Assembly: GCA_051294375.1 (NCBI GenBank)
Contig: CM119265.1
Location: 12,327,866-12,391,865 of the forward strand
Direction of reading: 5' to 3'
From: Paraspadella gotoi
Taxonomy: Eukaryota > Animalia > Chaetognatha
DNA length: 64,000 nt
Within the stretch, counting starts at the first letter, position 1; each line of letters opens with the position of its first letter. The notes under the pieces were generated by a model that was not told the origin of the DNA, searched no databases, and saw nothing but the letters and a program-made list of their open reading frames with translations. Position numbers and translations under genes: made by a program. Below are positions 62,928 to 64,000 of this stretch, one piece after another.

Positions 62928-64000
62928 ATGACGTCGCGACTGCAAAGTTACTTTCCTAATTTTCCTCGTGATAACTCTGACAGAATGGCGTTGGCCTTTC
63001 TCCTCTTTATGACACCGATCGTGGCCGCCTTTGAACTTTTCTTCGTCATCCCGAACGTTTACCACGACAATCCGTTAAACCACACCCTCCATGTCATTTT
63101 TATCGCCTGGGTCTGGTCTCACATCATCCTCAACATATTTTTCATCTTGAAAACTGACATTTCCACGTTAAACAGAGTGAGTTAAAACAAAATATAAAAC
63201 TCTGAATGTGCAAACTGTGCATGTCATTGCAGACTTTTATAGTATATTCCGTCTCAGGTTTTGCCACCGCTACTCAAACCGGGCTGGAAATTCTGTTCTT
63301 CCTGCGGCAAAAATTCTCCACCCAGATCCTTTCATTGTTTTCATTGCGACAAATGCATTTTAAAACGGGACCACCATTGCGTCTTCACTGGTGGCTGCGT
63401 TGGATTTCACAATCATCGGTGAGTGTATTCTCTCCTACTTCTTTGACACATTATTTTTTTTTTTGACTGACATCCGTATTTTAAAAGCTACTACGTGGGG
63501 CTTCTGCTGTACCTCTGGATCGCGACCTTCTACGCAAACGTGATGAACTTTGACTTTGTTTGGGAAGAGTTGGGCTCGTTAGGCCTTAAAGCGGTGATCT
63601 CGGTTGTTCTGCCCATCGTCGCCTGGATTATGGGCCTAGTTCCCCATTTTTCCTTCGTCGTGGCCTTGGTGACGGCCGTCGTTGGCATCGCCTTTGTCTG
63701 GGTCTCGACTCTGCTTTTCTTTCACGCGAGACTAGTTCTCACGAATCAGACGACGCACGAGAAGAGCCAAGGTTTGTTTTGCTTTTTTGCGCCCTAGTTG
63801 TGCGTTTGAATTTCATTTTCTATTCCCACCATCTATATTCACAATTCTCCTCATAGGATCTCGAAAGTACGACTTGGGTCGGAGCGCCAACATAGAAACA
63901 GCTCTTGGTTCTCGATGGCCTCTCGCCCTTCTATCCCCACTCTGTCCTTCTCCTTTGCTGGGCGACGGGCTTGAGTTTCCGACAAAAGAATTCGTAGACC
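62928..64000 (+). CDS. DHHC palmitoyltransferase, ZDHHC24-like (runs off the window end)
   Basis: WKFCSSCGKNSPPRSFHCFHCDKCILKRDHHCVFTGGCVGFHNHR, four TM segments, NQTTHE, YDLG...LGSRW. Confidence 0.9.

Overview
Compact, AT-rich invertebrate (metazoan) nuclear DNA with short spliceosomal introns (mostly about 50-100 nt); the taxon cannot be determined from sequence alone. I reconstruct 18 functionally unrelated protein-coding genes: Schlafen/AlbA_2-like, NOP16, GALNT7-like, COPB1, HMMR, C6orf62, TSG101, DPP4-like, acyl-CoA oxidase, CDC23, an orphan TPR/J-like gene, a secreted CULT protein, ATP5F1A, GLRX3, ETHE1, a multi-Tudor protein, a MYND-RING protein and ZDHHC24-like. All 18 lie on the + strand. 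Most stop-to-ATG spacers are 114-770 nt, and most ATGs follow an unpaired U-rich AG acceptor. This is the expected signature of a long polycistronic, SL trans-spliced gene array (inference, needs RNA data). Large introns and a few spacers hold nested transposons: three Helentron/HINE-like families, TA-flanked Tc1/mariner-like MITEs, a foldback MITE with an 8-bp TSD, Penelope-type hammerhead remnants, and a DIRS-like retroelement whose internal complementary region lies upstream of gag. A 2.8-kb duplication around the N gap (25001-25025) is probably an assembly/haplotype artefact. CDS coordinates are whole gene spans including introns, derived by eye; family assignments come from recalled motifs, not database searches.
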